A DNA stretch of 57,990 nucleotides from Octopus sinensis (lineage: Eukaryota), in contig NW_021834301.1 of NCBI RefSeq assembly GCF_006345805.1, positions 1 to 57,990 of the forward strand. Reading direction: 5' to 3'. The translations under genes and the position numbers were made by a program. How positions within the stretch are numbered: the stretch's first letter is position 1; each line of letters opens with the position of its first letter. The notes under the pieces were generated by a model. The model saw nothing but the letters and a program-made list of their open reading frames with translations. It made no database searches and was not told the origin of the DNA. Positions 1-13,099 of the stretch are shown here, piece after piece.

Positions 1-260
1 AAACTGAAAGAAGCCTGTCGTATATATATATATATATGTGCGTGTGTGCATCTTTGTGCTTTTGTGTCTGTGTTTGACCACATTACTGCTTGACAACCGG
101 TGTTGGTGTGCTTACGTCACCGTAATCTAGCGGTTCGGCATAGGAGAACGATAGATTAAGTACTAGGCTTAAGAAATAAATCCTGAGGGTGATTTATTCG
201 ACTAAAAGCCTCTGCTCTAGCATGGCCGCGGTAAAATGACTGAAACAAGTAAAGACAGAA
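1..260 (+). mobile_element. SINE family A, 3' half (window edge)
   Basis: aaactgaaagaagcctgtcg-(TA/TG)n-cttgacaaccg...cagcatggccgc...tgactgaaacaagtaaa; matches the full copies at 2352, 30652 and 41808. Confidence 0.85.
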
Positions 261-554
261 AATACACACACACATACACACACACATAAACACATGCACA
301 CACATATATACTTACATACATATAGATATATATTTATATATATATACATATATATATATAGAATAGCTAACGCGAAAATCAATTGGTTCGTTTCAGTCTC
401 TTACCTATTATCATTATTATTATTAACTTCTTATAATCATCAATAATAATGACCTTTTTGACTAGGAATACTCTAAATGTAGATATTTGTCACTACCTGT
501 CATAAATAGCCTTTTTATCTACAATATGCATTTTCGTTGAGTTTTCTATTTTAC

Positions 555-632
<78 letters not shown>

Positions 633-648
633 ATATGTATGTATGTAT

Positions 649-911
649 ATCGTGATGTACATTTGCCACCTGAATGTGGCAGACCCATAGGGGACGATGA
701 TACTGTTGTTTGTGACGCAGATGACGGATTACTTACCCAGAAACCCGGGTCCGTGTGTCTCACGTAAAGCTAGAGACGGGAACGATGATTTCCCTTCGCA
801 AATACTAATCGGACACAGACAGTGTGTCGTTGGCCAGCTGGAGGAGATGTCCTCTGGGACTAAAAACAACACTAGCATCGTCCCCTATCGGTGGCAAATG
901 TACTTCACGAT
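649..911. mobile_element. MITE-like element with ~45-bp imperfect terminal inverted repeats
   Basis: Left atcgtgatgtacatttgccacc[insert]ataggggacgatgatactgttgttt; right aaacaacactagcatcgtcccctatcggtggcaaatgtacttcacgat is its reverse complement. Confidence 0.7.
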
Positions 912-991
912 TCCGCGCTGCTACTGTTTACATCTCTCTCTCCCCCACTCTCTCCTCTCTCTCTCTCTATATATATATATACATATACATA

Positions 992-1040
<49 letters not shown>

Positions 1041-1048
1041 TATTTATA

Positions 1049-1080
<32 letters not shown>

Positions 1081-1158
1081 CATATATATATACATTATAT
1101 ACATATATATACATATATATATACATATATATACACACACACACATATATATATAATG

Positions 1159-1215
<57 letters not shown>

Positions 1216-1399
1216 TTAGGGTGTATAACTACAAACTTACAGGGAAAAATTCAATTTAGTATTAAATCAAATTTCACAATATAAATATATGATATATATA
1301 TATATATACTAGGGAAGAACCACTATTATGTAATTCAAACAATGATAGACATCAACGAAATCATAAATAAAAAATAAAATATATTATAAAACGTATAAC

Positions 1400-1640
1400 T
1401 AGATCACAAAATATATTCTACTGACGATTCGAAAATACTTATGTAAGTAAAACTACATAATCTATTAACGGTGAAACAATTGTGTGGAGTTAATCTATTT
1501 TTTCGTTATTTCTCATTTGTCCTGCTCGCTTACATTCTTGGCGTGTTGAATTAATTCTTGAGAACAATTCTTTAGTGGCGGATTCCCTTTGCGGATCTAT
1601 ATCTAGCGTTAGAGTGACCACATGGTGGACTCTCTCTTAT
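1400..1640 (+). mobile_element. Diverged Penelope-like terminal repeat with degenerate hammerhead motif
   Basis: ttcta-ctgacga...gtgaaacaattgt-gtggag, followed by sequence resembling 3270-3409 (tttgtcctgctcg...ctagcgttagagtgaccacatggtggactct). Confidence 0.5.
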
Positions 1641-1656
1641 TATTTATATATGTGGT

Positions 1657-1703
<47 letters not shown>

Positions 1704-1715
1704 ATTAATATGTGT

Positions 1716-2160
1716 GAGAGAATTAGATACTAATTTAATAGCATATCTATTCAACACCAAGTGCCCAGTGCCTCAAGAAACCTGGATTATTATAATATTT
1801 TATAGTATATTATAATATTTATAAAAAAATAAATATAAGAGAATGGTCACTATGTGGCTCATTCTAGCACTAGAAAATCCAAAAGGTTTCAACCACAAAA
1901 ATACATGTTTCCTATGAAAGTCAGAACGATTGTTAGCTCACACGAACAGGGCAAATAAAAAATAACAAAAATACAGATTATTTTGGGACAATTGTTTCGC
2001 TGTTAATGAATTAAATGTAATTTTACTTACAAAAAACCCACTTGTAGCTCCTCGGCCAAAACTATCTGGATGAAATCCACTCAATCACACGCCAGATTTT
2101 ACCATAACGATAAATACACGTGTGGTTCAATTGATTACATCCGACGTTATAATTCAAATG
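1716..2160 (-). mobile_element. Penelope-like terminal repeat, copy 1 (hammerhead motif at 1981-2061, minus strand)
   Basis: Directly repeated at 2792-3089 and inverted at 3091-3409; carries ttttgg-ccgagga-gcta...agc-gaaac-aatt-gtc-ccaaaa on the minus strand. Confidence 0.7.
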
Positions 2161-2220
2161 CCCTTACCAACAGCGCGCCAAACTTTCACGGAAACAAATA
2201 CTACATTTAGAAATAAATGT

Positions 2221-2315
2221 AGCATATGGCCTAGTGGTTAGGGCAGCGGACTCGCGGTCGTAGGATCGCGGTTTCGATTCCCAGACCGGGCGTTGTGAGT
2301 GTTTATTGAGCGAAA
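2221..2315 (+). mobile_element. SINE family C head (tRNA-Arg-like)
   Basis: tggcctagtggttagggcagcggactcgcggtcgtaggatcgcggtttcgattccc: A box, TCG anticodon-like loop, B box. Confidence 0.75.
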
Positions 2316-2351
2316 TTTAATTCCTGTTTTACTTGGAGTGGCCCTCATATA

Positions 2352-2766
2352 GGCGCAGGAGTGGCTGTGTGGTAAGTAGCTTGTTTACCAACCACATGGT
2401 TCCGGGTTCAGTCCCACTGCGTGGCATCTTGGGCAAGTGTCTTCTACTATAGCCTCGGGCCGACCAAAGCCTTGTGAGTGGATTCGGTAGACGGAAACTG
2501 AAAGAAGCCTGTCGTATATATGCATATATATATATATATATATATGCGTGTGTGTGTTTGTGTCTGTATTTGTCCCCCTAGCATTGCTTGACAACCGATG
2601 CTGGTGTGTTTATGTCCCCGTTACTTAGCAGTTCGGCAAAAGAGACCGATAGAATAAGTACTGGGCTTACAAAAGAATAAGTCCCAGGGTCGATTTGCTC
2701 GACTAAAGGCGGTGCTCCAGCATGGCCGCGGTCAAATGACTGAAACAAGTAAAAAGAGTAAAGAGT
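2352..2766 (+). mobile_element. SINE family A, full length (tRNA-derived head, internal TA/TG microsatellite)
   Basis: gtggctgtgtggtaag (A box), gggttcagtccc (B box), ttgggcaagtgtcttctactatagcctcgggccgacc, tail tgactgaaacaagtaaaaagagtaaagag; many copies in the window. Confidence 0.9.
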
Positions 2767-2791
2767 ATAATTATAATTAATTAATAAGGGT

Positions 2792-3409
2792 GAGAGAATT
2801 AGATACTAATTTAATAGCATATCTATTCAACACCAAGTGGCCCAGTGCCTCGAGAAGCCTGGATTATTATAATATTTTATAGTATATTATAATATTTTAT
2901 ACAAATATAAATATAAGAGAATGGTCACTATGTGGCTCATTCTAGCACTAGAAAATCCAAAAGGTTTCAACCACAAAAATACATGTTTCCTATGAAAGTC
3001 AGTACGATTGTTAGCTCACACGAACAGGGCAAATAAAAAATAACAAAAATACAGATTATTTTGGGACAATTGTTTCGCTATTAATGAATAATTTGAATTA
3101 TAACGTCGGATGTAATCAATTGAACCACACGTATATTTATCGTTATGGTAAAATCTGGCGTGTGATTGAGTGGATTTCATCCAGATAGTTTTGGCCGAGG
3201 AGCTACAAGTGGGTTTTTTGTAAGTAAAATTACATTTAATTCATTAATAGCGAAACAATTGTCCCAAAATAATCTGTATTTTTGTTATTTTTTATTTGCC
3301 CTGTTCGTGTGAGCTAACAATCGTACTGACTTTCATAGGAAACATGTATTTTTGTGGTTGAACCTTTTGGATTTTCTAGTGCTAGAATGAGCCACATAGT
3401 GACCATTCT
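2792..3409. mobile_element. Penelope-like inverted terminal-repeat pair (fold-back) with hammerhead motif at 3189-3269
   Basis: Arm 2918-3089 is the near-perfect reverse complement of 3239-3409. Confidence 0.75.
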
Positions 3410-3464
3410 TTATATTTTTATTATATTATATATATATCTATATATATATATATATATATATAGA

Positions 3465-3503
<39 letters not shown>

Positions 3504-3561
3504 GATATATATATATATTATATATATATATTATATATAATATATATATATAATATGTCTC

Positions 3562-5153
3562 ATGAAAAGAAGCTTGGGTAATAGAAATATAAAGTCAAAC
3601 CCTAAAGCTTTCTTTAAGTTTGCCAAAGAGACAGCCACAGTGCACCAGAGAATAGGACCTCTCTTCCAAAAAGATGGCTCTCTCACAGGAAATCCCACGA
3701 GGATAAGTGAAATACTGAACGAACAGTTCCAAAATGTGTTCACTACACCTCTAGGACACAGGCAAGTAAACAACCCAGACGAATTCTTTGCCACCTTACC
3801 TGCGACTAAAGAGGCAAAAATTGAGTACATCAACATTGAAGATGATGATATCACACTGGCCATAGATGAGATTGACACAAACTCAGCTGCTGGACCTGAT
3901 GGATTTCCAGCGATCCTTCTCAAATCGTGCAAACGAGCCCTTGAAAAACCGCTACAGCTTCTTTTTCAGAGCTTTCTTGCAAGTGGTAAGGTCCCAGTCA
4001 AATTGAAAGAGGGGGTAATATGCCCTATCCATAAGGGAGGAAGCAGAGCAGATGCTAAAAATTATAGGCCTATCTCTCTGACCTCACACATCAGCAAAGT
4101 CATGGAACGAATAGTCCGCAAGAAACTAATCATGTTCCTTGAAGAAAATGACTTGCTGACTGACACCCAGCATGGATTTCGACCAGGTAGAAGCTGCCTT
4201 ACACAGCTCCTGCAACACTATGACTGGGTGTTAAAACAGCTACTAAATGGCTCAAAATATGGATGTGATATATCTCGACTTTGCAAAAGCCATTGATAAA
4301 GTCGACCATGGTATGATCTGTCACAAACTGCGTGATCTCGGCATAGGCGGAAAACTTGGAGAGTGGCTGCACAACTTCCTAAAGAATAGAAGACAGGCAG
4401 TTGTGACCAATGGAGCCACCTCCAAGGAAACACAAATAACAAGCGGTGTTCCACAGGGCACTGTCTTGGGGCCACTGCTGTTCATAGTGGCCCTTTCAGA
4501 CATGCCCTCAGTTGCTAAGATGGCCACCCTTGCTAGCTATGCAGATGACACAAACGTCTCCCACATAATACAAAACCCTGGAAATATTGCACACCTGCAA
4601 CAGGAGTTGGATACAATATACAGGTGGGCTGAGGACAACAACATGCAGTTTAATGCAGGGAAGTTCCAGGCCCTGCGCTGCCGGCACACAAAGGTAAACG
4701 ACATGCAGACTGGATACACTGGTCCGAGAAGAATTGCAATCTCTGAGTCAAAATCAGTGCGTGACTTGGGCATTGACATGAGCAATGATGCATCTTTCCA
4801 AGTGCATATTACTAATCTGGTGAACAAAATGCAGACGGCTAGCTTGATGGATTCTCCGAACTTTCAGAACAAGAGAGGAGACACTGATGGTCAATTGGAA
4901 AACTTTCGTCCTCAGCTGCTTGGACTACTGCTCCCAACTATGGTCACCACACAATATAAAACTAACAGCAGAACTCGAAGCAATTCAAAGAAGCTACACA
5001 AAGAAGATCGTCTCAATGCAACATATCAGCTACTGGGAAAGACTGAATGTATTAAACCTCTTCTCCCTAGGGCGAAGGCGGGAGAGATATGCGGTGATAT
5101 ACATCTGGAAAATCCTGGAGGGTCTTGTCCCAAACTTTGGCATTCAAAGTTAC
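3562..5153 (+). pseudogene. Non-LTR retrotransposon (CR1/Jockey group) ORF2 reverse-transcriptase fragment, frameshifted
   Basis: AGPDG, NYRPISLTS, QHGFRPGRSC, YLDFAKA, GVPQGTVLGPLLF, YADD, VRDLG and LDYCSQLWSP spread over three frames; truncated at both ends. Confidence 0.95.
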
Positions 5154-5157
5154 CCCA

Positions 5158-5749
5158 TAAGTTTCCATAGAACAAAGTTGACAACCATCCCTACTATTTC
5201 TATAAGGTTGAGCCCTTCTAACTATATCCCGTTTAAGGTTGAATTCTATATTATTTGTTTTTAGTTCCCAAATTTTGCTAGATAGTGTTGTGCAACCTGC
5301 CTTATGTTTGAGCCTAAAAGAGGAAAAATGATTGTTAAGACGTCTTTTAAGATCCACCGAACATCCGAAATAAAGAAAGCTATTGCTAGAAGTTATTATC
5401 GTGCATTTATAAATTATGTTTCGGACCGAACAACGACCAGATACCGGGCATTTTGATCTAATCCTACAATTACAACTGGGGGGATAGTGTCCGGTACTGG
5501 AATTATTTAAGGACAGTTCACTTACATTACTATTATTTAAATTATTATTAGTATTAGTATTACTTTCATTATTAGTAATCACGTTGTTATGCAAATTAGG
5601 GTTACTAGTTATTAATCCATCCTCACTATCATCACCTACCATACTTTTATCTATACTACCTATATTATTGGTATTGTTATTATCACTATTTACATCAATG
5701 TTGTTATTATTATTATTATTATTATTATTAATAATTATTATTATTATTA

Positions 5750-5791
<42 letters not shown>

Positions 5792-6267
5792 CTATCATTA
5801 TTATTTTATTATTTTTTTAGTGAGTGAGAGAGCAGTGCATGCCATCAAAGTGACACTGGGGTAAAATATACGAAGCCCAATTACCCTCATGACTACCCGT
5901 CTGATAAGGGTACACCAGGCACATGCATCACAACCATATGTGCGCGACATGGTGATCTCATATCAGATAAACGCACATGACCTTGCAGGTGGGGCCCAGT
6001 TAGAATTTTCTTCAGGTTGAGTAGCCCATCCCGCTCAAACGGTCCCTGAATAAGGGTTGTTTAAGGATGTTGAAAGAACCACCCATGTTTCCAGAGGTGA
6101 ATTATTCAAACCCCAAAGAATCCCTCTCAACACATGGCTATGATGCTCCCCCACTACTTCTGCTCGTGATCAGAGATGCACATATCGTCAGCCACCAAGG
6201 GACATGCTCACATTATTAATATTATTTTTATTATTACCATTATTATTATTTTTATTATTATTATTAA

Positions 6268-6333
<66 letters not shown>

Positions 6334-8145
6334 TGTTAATGCTATTATTACAATTATTATTACTATCATTGTTGTTACTATTCATTCTACTCCTAGCTAA
6401 CTTAATGTTTTTACTATTAAGTCTAGCTATTATGGTTGCCATGTTTGGGAGAGTGGAATATGAAATTCTTACTGATCTCCTAGAAATTATTTTATGATAT
6501 TTATGGGAGGCTGGGAAATATTTTTCCAGTATAGATTTAAATCTACTGTACACATTCGTCGAGATCGCCCTATTAAAGGGGATATTTAGCCAAATGATAT
6601 TTTCTCTTTTATATTTTTTGTTTAAGTAAGAGTGGGAAGGATTAATGTTATCAGTATTCATACGAGAATTATTATTCCTTTTAGTACTATTTTTATGCCT
6701 ATCGGGTTTATCTAGGTTAGCATTTTCATATTTATTTATGATCTGCTCACTATTTTTTATTCCTATAATTAGGTTTATACTCTAGGTTCTTTTTCTCTAT
6801 TAATTTATGTTTATGTAGGGTATGAGAGTTTATATTACTTACGTCATTTACATTCACTATATTATTTAGGAGATTTGAGCTATCCATATCAAGGAAGGTG
6901 ATTTCCTGGTCTTATCCAGCCTTGGATAATACGATATTGTAATGGTTAGAGTGAGAGTTAAATATTTCACTATTTGATGATAATCTTGAAATTCTTTGAG
7001 AGATATTTTTAACTAATGATTTTAGTATATTCGGTGGGTGATTAGATGACTTACTTACATATCTAGTGACTTCGCCCTCTTTTCTAAATGGGTAATGTAA
7101 CTTTGAATTTAGGTCTAAGGTAACGTCTAGGAAATTAACTATCTTAGTGTTAGGTTCATAAGTAATTCCTGGGTTAAAAACTTTGCTAATTTTCTTTTTT
7201 ATCCTCTCAATACTTGATTTACTGTCGCTAGGTACAACAAACAAAGCATCATCCCTATATAGACCACCTTGTAATTCTGGAATATCTCTGTTTATGCATT
7301 TTAATAAGTATGCTCCCACCAGATTCGTTATCTCCGCCGAGTCACTAGAGCCCATGGGTATATCAAAATTATTAGGGGTATCCGCCCTAGTCCATAATTT
7401 CCCTTCAAATTCGATGATAGTTTTTCTAGCTAATAGGATGATGTCAATTTCCTCCCTAGATATGAGAGAGCGGTTCTTAGCAAAAATAAGCGATTTATTA
7501 AGTAGAATGGGGGATATACTGGAATAGTAATTGTTAATATCAAATTGGATAAACGAAATTCTATTAGTATTATCTAGAGATTTAAACCAATCTATCACCT
7601 CATCTGTATTAATCCATAGACTCAAGGGGGGATTAGGAATTATACGGGGTAGAATCTTGTCCAAAATAGATTTGCTAAGTCGGCCAATGTCTGACTTAGT
7701 TGGACATATGAGTCTTTCCGAGGGGTTTTCGGAGAATTTTTTCTTATGGTCCTTAAGATTAATCCTGGGTTCACATGGTTTTAGAGGCTCCGTTCTATCG
7801 GTCAGATCGTAATTCACCATAACTTTTTTGATTTCTAAATTAATCTCTCTCAGATTTTTCTTAGTTGTTACTTTATACCTTAAGTTTAGTTCCTTTCTAA
7901 TGAGTTTGCTGTAAGTTGAATGATCCATTCTGTAAAGGTTTCCAGTTTTGTCGGCTGGGACTAGGATGCCCTGTTTATCTTGAATAGATTTAATGAAATC
8001 CTTTAGATGTCTAAGGTGTGGATTGTGTCTTAGTGGATGTTCCTTGAATTTTATATTTGCGATAAGGTCCAGTAGATCCTTTTCAAATCTTTCAAGCAAT
8101 GGATTCGGAGGTGGGCTCTTCCTACTTCTAAAAATCTTTATAAGG
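5158..8145 (-). mobile_element. Penelope-like element (RT, linker, GIY-YIG endonuclease), inactive and interrupted
   Basis: RT 6912-8145 (PADKTGN, FDINNYY, PMGS, GLYRDD, FLDVTLDL, SNHPP); IIWLNIPFN...RISYSTLPN block; endonuclease CNC..CP..G.C..IIYKC..YFG..LKRR..NH..CQLC; nonsense at 6912-6914. Confidence 0.93.
5821..6210 (-). mobile_element. (AAT)n-associated non-coding retroposon, 5'-truncated copy inside the PLE linker
   Basis: Reverse complement of ~26449-26840; flanked on both sides by (ATT)n. Confidence 0.8.
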
Positions 8146-8335
8146 CTCCACGAGGCTCCAGCAGGAGTGTGGTGGTGATCCCTGCTGTACTCTTTCGCCA
8201 CAACTTTCTCTCACTCTTTCTTCTGTTTGCCCTGCTCGTTTAGCCAGCGGGGTGGCGTTATTTGAAGGCTAAAACAATGCAAAGCAACATCTGATAGCCT
8301 GGTCGATCACGGTGATCACGATGATATATATATAT
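8145..8335 (+). mobile_element. SINE family C, 3' part
   Basis: gctccacgaggctcc...gatccctgctgtactcttt...ggtcgatcacggtgatcacg-(TA)n; matches the 16623 and 49149 copies. Confidence 0.8.
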
Positions 8336-8439
8336 ATGGGTAACCTTGTACTTCCTCTACGACACCTGTATCAGTCTCACTATAACCTTTTCATCATCAC
8401 CTCCTCCAATCCCTCCTCCCCTCTTGAAAGTTTTGTCTT

Positions 8440-8745
8440 GCAAGTACTTGGTGACCCTGTCAGTACAGGTGCCACTTAAGAGCACCCAGTCCATACTGTA
8501 AAGTGCATCTAGCTGTAAAAACCTTGCCAAAACTGACCTCGTCTGTGCTTGTGCCACGTAAAACGCACTAGGTTCACTCAGCTGAGTGGTTGGTGTTCGG
8601 AAGGGCATCCAGCTGTAAAAATCCTGCCAAAACAGTCACAGAAGTCTGGTGCAGGCTTCGGCTTAGGTTGCTCTTGTGGTACCGCCCCCCCCCCCCATGC
8701 TAGCATGGAACACGGACGTTAATTAATGATTATGATGATGATGAT
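8440..8745 (+). mobile_element. RTE-related SINE body and tail ending in (GAT)n
   Basis: gtggttggtgttcggaagggcatccagctgtaaaa, internal duplication, tail catgctagcatggaacacggacgtt...gatgatgat; related minus copy at ~56145-56250. Confidence 0.6.
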
Positions 8746-9045
8746 AAAGATATATAATAAAACAAGTCCGATTAAGATATCTTATCAATTGCCTTTGTAA
8801 TAAATTTTTTAAATTGTAAAAACACTTTATGGACACCCTGTGTATATAAATATATAATTTGAGGGAATATTATTCCTAACTTATTCTACCAAATATATAC
8901 GTTTTATTTATTATTTTGCACATTACTTAATCATCGGTATATTATTTTTTATTTTATATTTAATATTTCTATTATATGTAATTTTCTAGATGGTGTAATT
9001 TAATTTTTCATTTTGAATTGATAAAAGTTGTTTTTTTCTAATCTC

Positions 9046-9110
<65 letters not shown>

Positions 9111-9196
9111 ATTTATATATATATATATAGTATATATATAATATATATATATATATATTATATATATTTATATGGGTTTGTGTGTATGTATGTATC

Positions 9197-9228
<32 letters not shown>

Positions 9229-9229
9229 A

Positions 9230-9284
<55 letters not shown>

Positions 9285-9626
9285 TATATTGATACATACA
9301 TTCACACACAAATATATGCATATATATATGTGTGTGTGTGCTTTGCATATGTAAAAGCATGTAAATCAATGCATACACATACGCATATATATACATACAC
9401 ATGCATACACGTACAGACATATTCACAAACATAATCCTTCCTTATCTTCGTAGCTTCTTAACTAAATTAACAGGAATTGCTTTGGTGGCAAGGAAATATC
9501 TCTGCCACCCGTGGGCGCCGTTTAGCATTAGTTTGGGCTCATTGTTCTACATCCATCTTTTTAAGTAAAGTGCATACATATGTGTGTGTGTGTGTATGTA
9601 TATATATATGTGTGTGTGTGTGTGTG

Positions 9627-9672
<46 letters not shown>

Positions 9673-9673
9673 T

Positions 9674-9724
<51 letters not shown>

Positions 9725-9930
9725 ACCGCGTGTGTATCGTTGGCGATTTTTCTTCCTCCGTCTTCCCTCCCTTGGATCTTTCCTTTTCCTATGTTTCTGA
9801 CGAAGAGCTCCGCTCGAAACATTAAATCCTCCTTCTTTATTTCCTTTCCTGAGCGTCCATAACACTATACTTGTTCCACGTCCTCGCATTGTTGTGTTTT
9901 CTCTTTGTGCTTTCATGTTTGGATTAACTT
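9725..9930 (+). mobile_element. Penelope-type terminal fragment with minimal hammerhead motif (9793-9826)
   Basis: gttt-ctgacga-a-gagc-tcc-gctc-gaaac-attaaat. Confidence 0.6.
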
Positions 9931-9935
9931 TATAT

Positions 9936-9991
<56 letters not shown>

Positions 9992-10021
9992 GTGTATGTA
10001 TGTATATATACATATATTTAA

Positions 10022-10055
<34 letters not shown>

Positions 10056-10149
10056 TTCCTGTGCATCCCTTTACGCGCGCACGCATGCATTTACATAGAC
10101 ACATACAAACACACAACAAACACACACACGCACGCACACACACACAAAC

Positions 10150-10499
10150 ATTCATGCATATATACATACATACATACAATACATACATACATACGTACAT
10201 ACATACATATATACATACATACATACATGCATCCATACATACATATATATATACATACATACATATATGCATACATATATACATACATGCATGCATGCAT
10301 ACATACATACATACATACATACATACGTACGTACATACATACATACATATATACATACATACATATATGCATACATATATACATATATGCATGCATGCAT
10401 GAATACATACATACATACATACATATATACATACATATATACATACATACATATATGCATACATATATACATACATGCATGCATGCATACATACATACA

Positions 10500-10533
<34 letters not shown>

Positions 10534-10645
10534 CATACATACATATATACATACATATATACATACATATACACATACATACATACATACATACATACAA
10601 ACATACATACATACATGCATACATACATACATACATACATACATA
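10150..10645. repeat. (TACA)n compound microsatellite
   Basis: Direct reading of tacatacataca with tgca/tata interruptions. Confidence 0.95.
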
Positions 10646-10973
10646 CACGGTATACATCTTTCACAACCGCCTCATCATGGCAATTTTTGCGATTTATTTA
10701 CATATTTTATATCACAAATTAAAGTCCGACACAACGATTTCACTGAAGCAAACAGGTTCGTGTGACAGAAATGGAAAGTTTCTATCAGATATAAATCCAA
10801 CACTGTTTAAGTAGACGTGACGATGTCTTCAAATTGTTAAACTAAGTCCCACTGATATCAATATTGTCGTTGGGTGGTCGGCCATTTTGGAAAGAAATGA
10901 ATATCTTTATATATCTATGCTATGAGCGTTTCTTCGACAGTGATAACTTTATCTATACGTGCAAGTGAGTGTG

Positions 10974-11011
<38 letters not shown>

Positions 11012-11654
11012 TACATATATATCTGTGCGTGTGATGTATGTATATGTATCCATATATATATATATACACACACACAGATACACACACACACACACATATA
11101 TATGTATGTATGTATATATACGTATGTATATGTGTATATATGTATGTACGTTTGATTTTATAAGTAATCACACACGTATCTATAAAGTTCTTTATAAGAT
11201 TGTGCACACACGAGCTCGCACGTGTGTGTGTGTGTGTGTGTGTAAGAAGATACAAAGAACAAATGACTACCACAAGAATGAATGTAGATTTTGAAGTGTA
11301 TGGAATGCGTGTGTGTGTGTGTGTGACAGAGTGTGTGAGAGAGAAACCGGGGTGGAGAGACAGAGATAGCAAGGCGAGAGAGGAAGAAAGAGGGAACAGA
11401 GAGAATGAGTGAGAGAGATTTGAGATTTATGTCATATATATATGTATATATATACATACATGCACACATACATGTATACGGAGAGAGAGAGAGAGAGAGG
11501 GGGGAGTGGTGGAGAATATGGGAGATAAAGAGAATAAGGCAGAGAGAGAAAGCAAGACAAAGAGCGGAGGGGGGAAGAGAGGAGGAGTATATGACTAGCA
11601 GTAAATTTCATCTCCAAAATTAGATTAAAGACTTATTTTGTACATTTACATTCA

Positions 11655-11759
11655 ACATCATCATCATCTTCATCATCATCATTCTTGCAAATATTATTAT
11701 TATTATTGTTGTTGTTGTTATTGTTGTTGCTGTTGTTGTTGTTGTTGTGGTTGTTGTTG

Positions 11760-11793
<34 letters not shown>

Positions 11794-12160
11794 CATTATT
11801 ATTATTATTATTATTATTATTTTATTAGTTTTATTCGTATTCGTTTATTTAATACTGTCCTGGTTGTCGCTGCTGTGTTGCTGCTGATGCTGTTGTTGTT
11901 GTTGTTGCTGTTATTTTCTTCGTTGTTTTTGTTGTTGTTGTTGTTGTTGTTTCTTGTTTCTTGTTGTTGTTCCCGAGATCGGAAGTTGGCAAATCTAAAA
12001 TAGTTAATTTTAAGTAAATAATGATGTTTCAATTTGTACACAATAGAGACAACAACAACAATAACAACAACAACAACAGCAGCAGCAACAACAGCAACAC
12101 AAAAAAACCCAATCCGCTTCCCATCCATCACCGTAACAACATGAACAACCCTCTTTCTTA

Positions 12161-12206
<46 letters not shown>

Positions 12207-12500
12207 ATCGAATGTTAACGAACGAGAGCAAAACCGTGACCACCACCACCACCACCAACATCAACAACAACAACAACAATAACAACAGCAACAACGGCAG
12301 TTAACAGCGATAAGAGCGACAACTTCCTTTCCAGCATATTTTCATCATGGCTGCCGTTTTCACCGGGGGTCCTCCCCGCTGACTTGCCGCGTCCCTGCAG
12401 CAGCAACAACAACAGCAGCAGGAACATCAACGACTGGAAACATGTTCAACAACAACAACAGCAACAACAACGACAATAACAATAACAACAGCACCAACAA
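11655..12500. repeat. Mixed trinucleotide microsatellites (CAT, TTG, TTA, CAA, CAG) and (TTTC)n
   Basis: Direct reading. Confidence 0.9.
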
Positions 12501-12660
12501 ACACTTCTGCCTCTCTTTCGTTGCCGCCGCTTTTTACAACCGTCAACGCCGCCGCCGCTTTTTACATCTCCTCTAAATGACGTCGACAAACGCTAGCATT
12601 AAGTTCAACATCGCTCCGACTAAACTACGCCATTTACGCTACATTCTCTGTCTAATATAT

Positions 12661-12698
<38 letters not shown>

Positions 12699-12733
12699 TG
12701 TGTGTGTGTGGGTGTGTATACATATGTATGCAT

Positions 12734-12795
<62 letters not shown>

Positions 12796-12879
12796 ATATA
12801 AATATATATGTATATTTATAGATCTATATGTACATATATATATATATATGCACACAGAGATGTATACATATATATGTAT

Positions 12880-12880
12880 G

Positions 12881-12936
<56 letters not shown>

Positions 12937-12980
12937 AGATAGATAGATAGATAGTAGATAGATAGATAGATGGATAGATA
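12880..12980. repeat. (TAGA)n microsatellite
   Basis: Direct reading; another at 36100-36182. Confidence 0.95.
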
Positions 12981-13099
12981 AACAGGTAGGTTGGTTAAGG
13001 AGGGAGGGAGGTAGATAGGTAGGTAGGTGGGTGTGTGGGTGTTTGGTCAGGTGGTTGGGTGGATGGATGGATGGATAGATAAACAGTTTAACTCTATCA

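Noticed and set aside
5158-5500. Selenocysteine-coding PLE endonuclease
   Set aside because: All conserved positions are Cys codons with no in-frame TGA, and the 3'UTR (SECIS region) is missing.
8146-8201. Apparent N-terminus MAKEYSRDHHH of the 429-aa RT ORF
   Set aside because: Antisense read-through of the adjacent SINE C; not part of the PLE protein.
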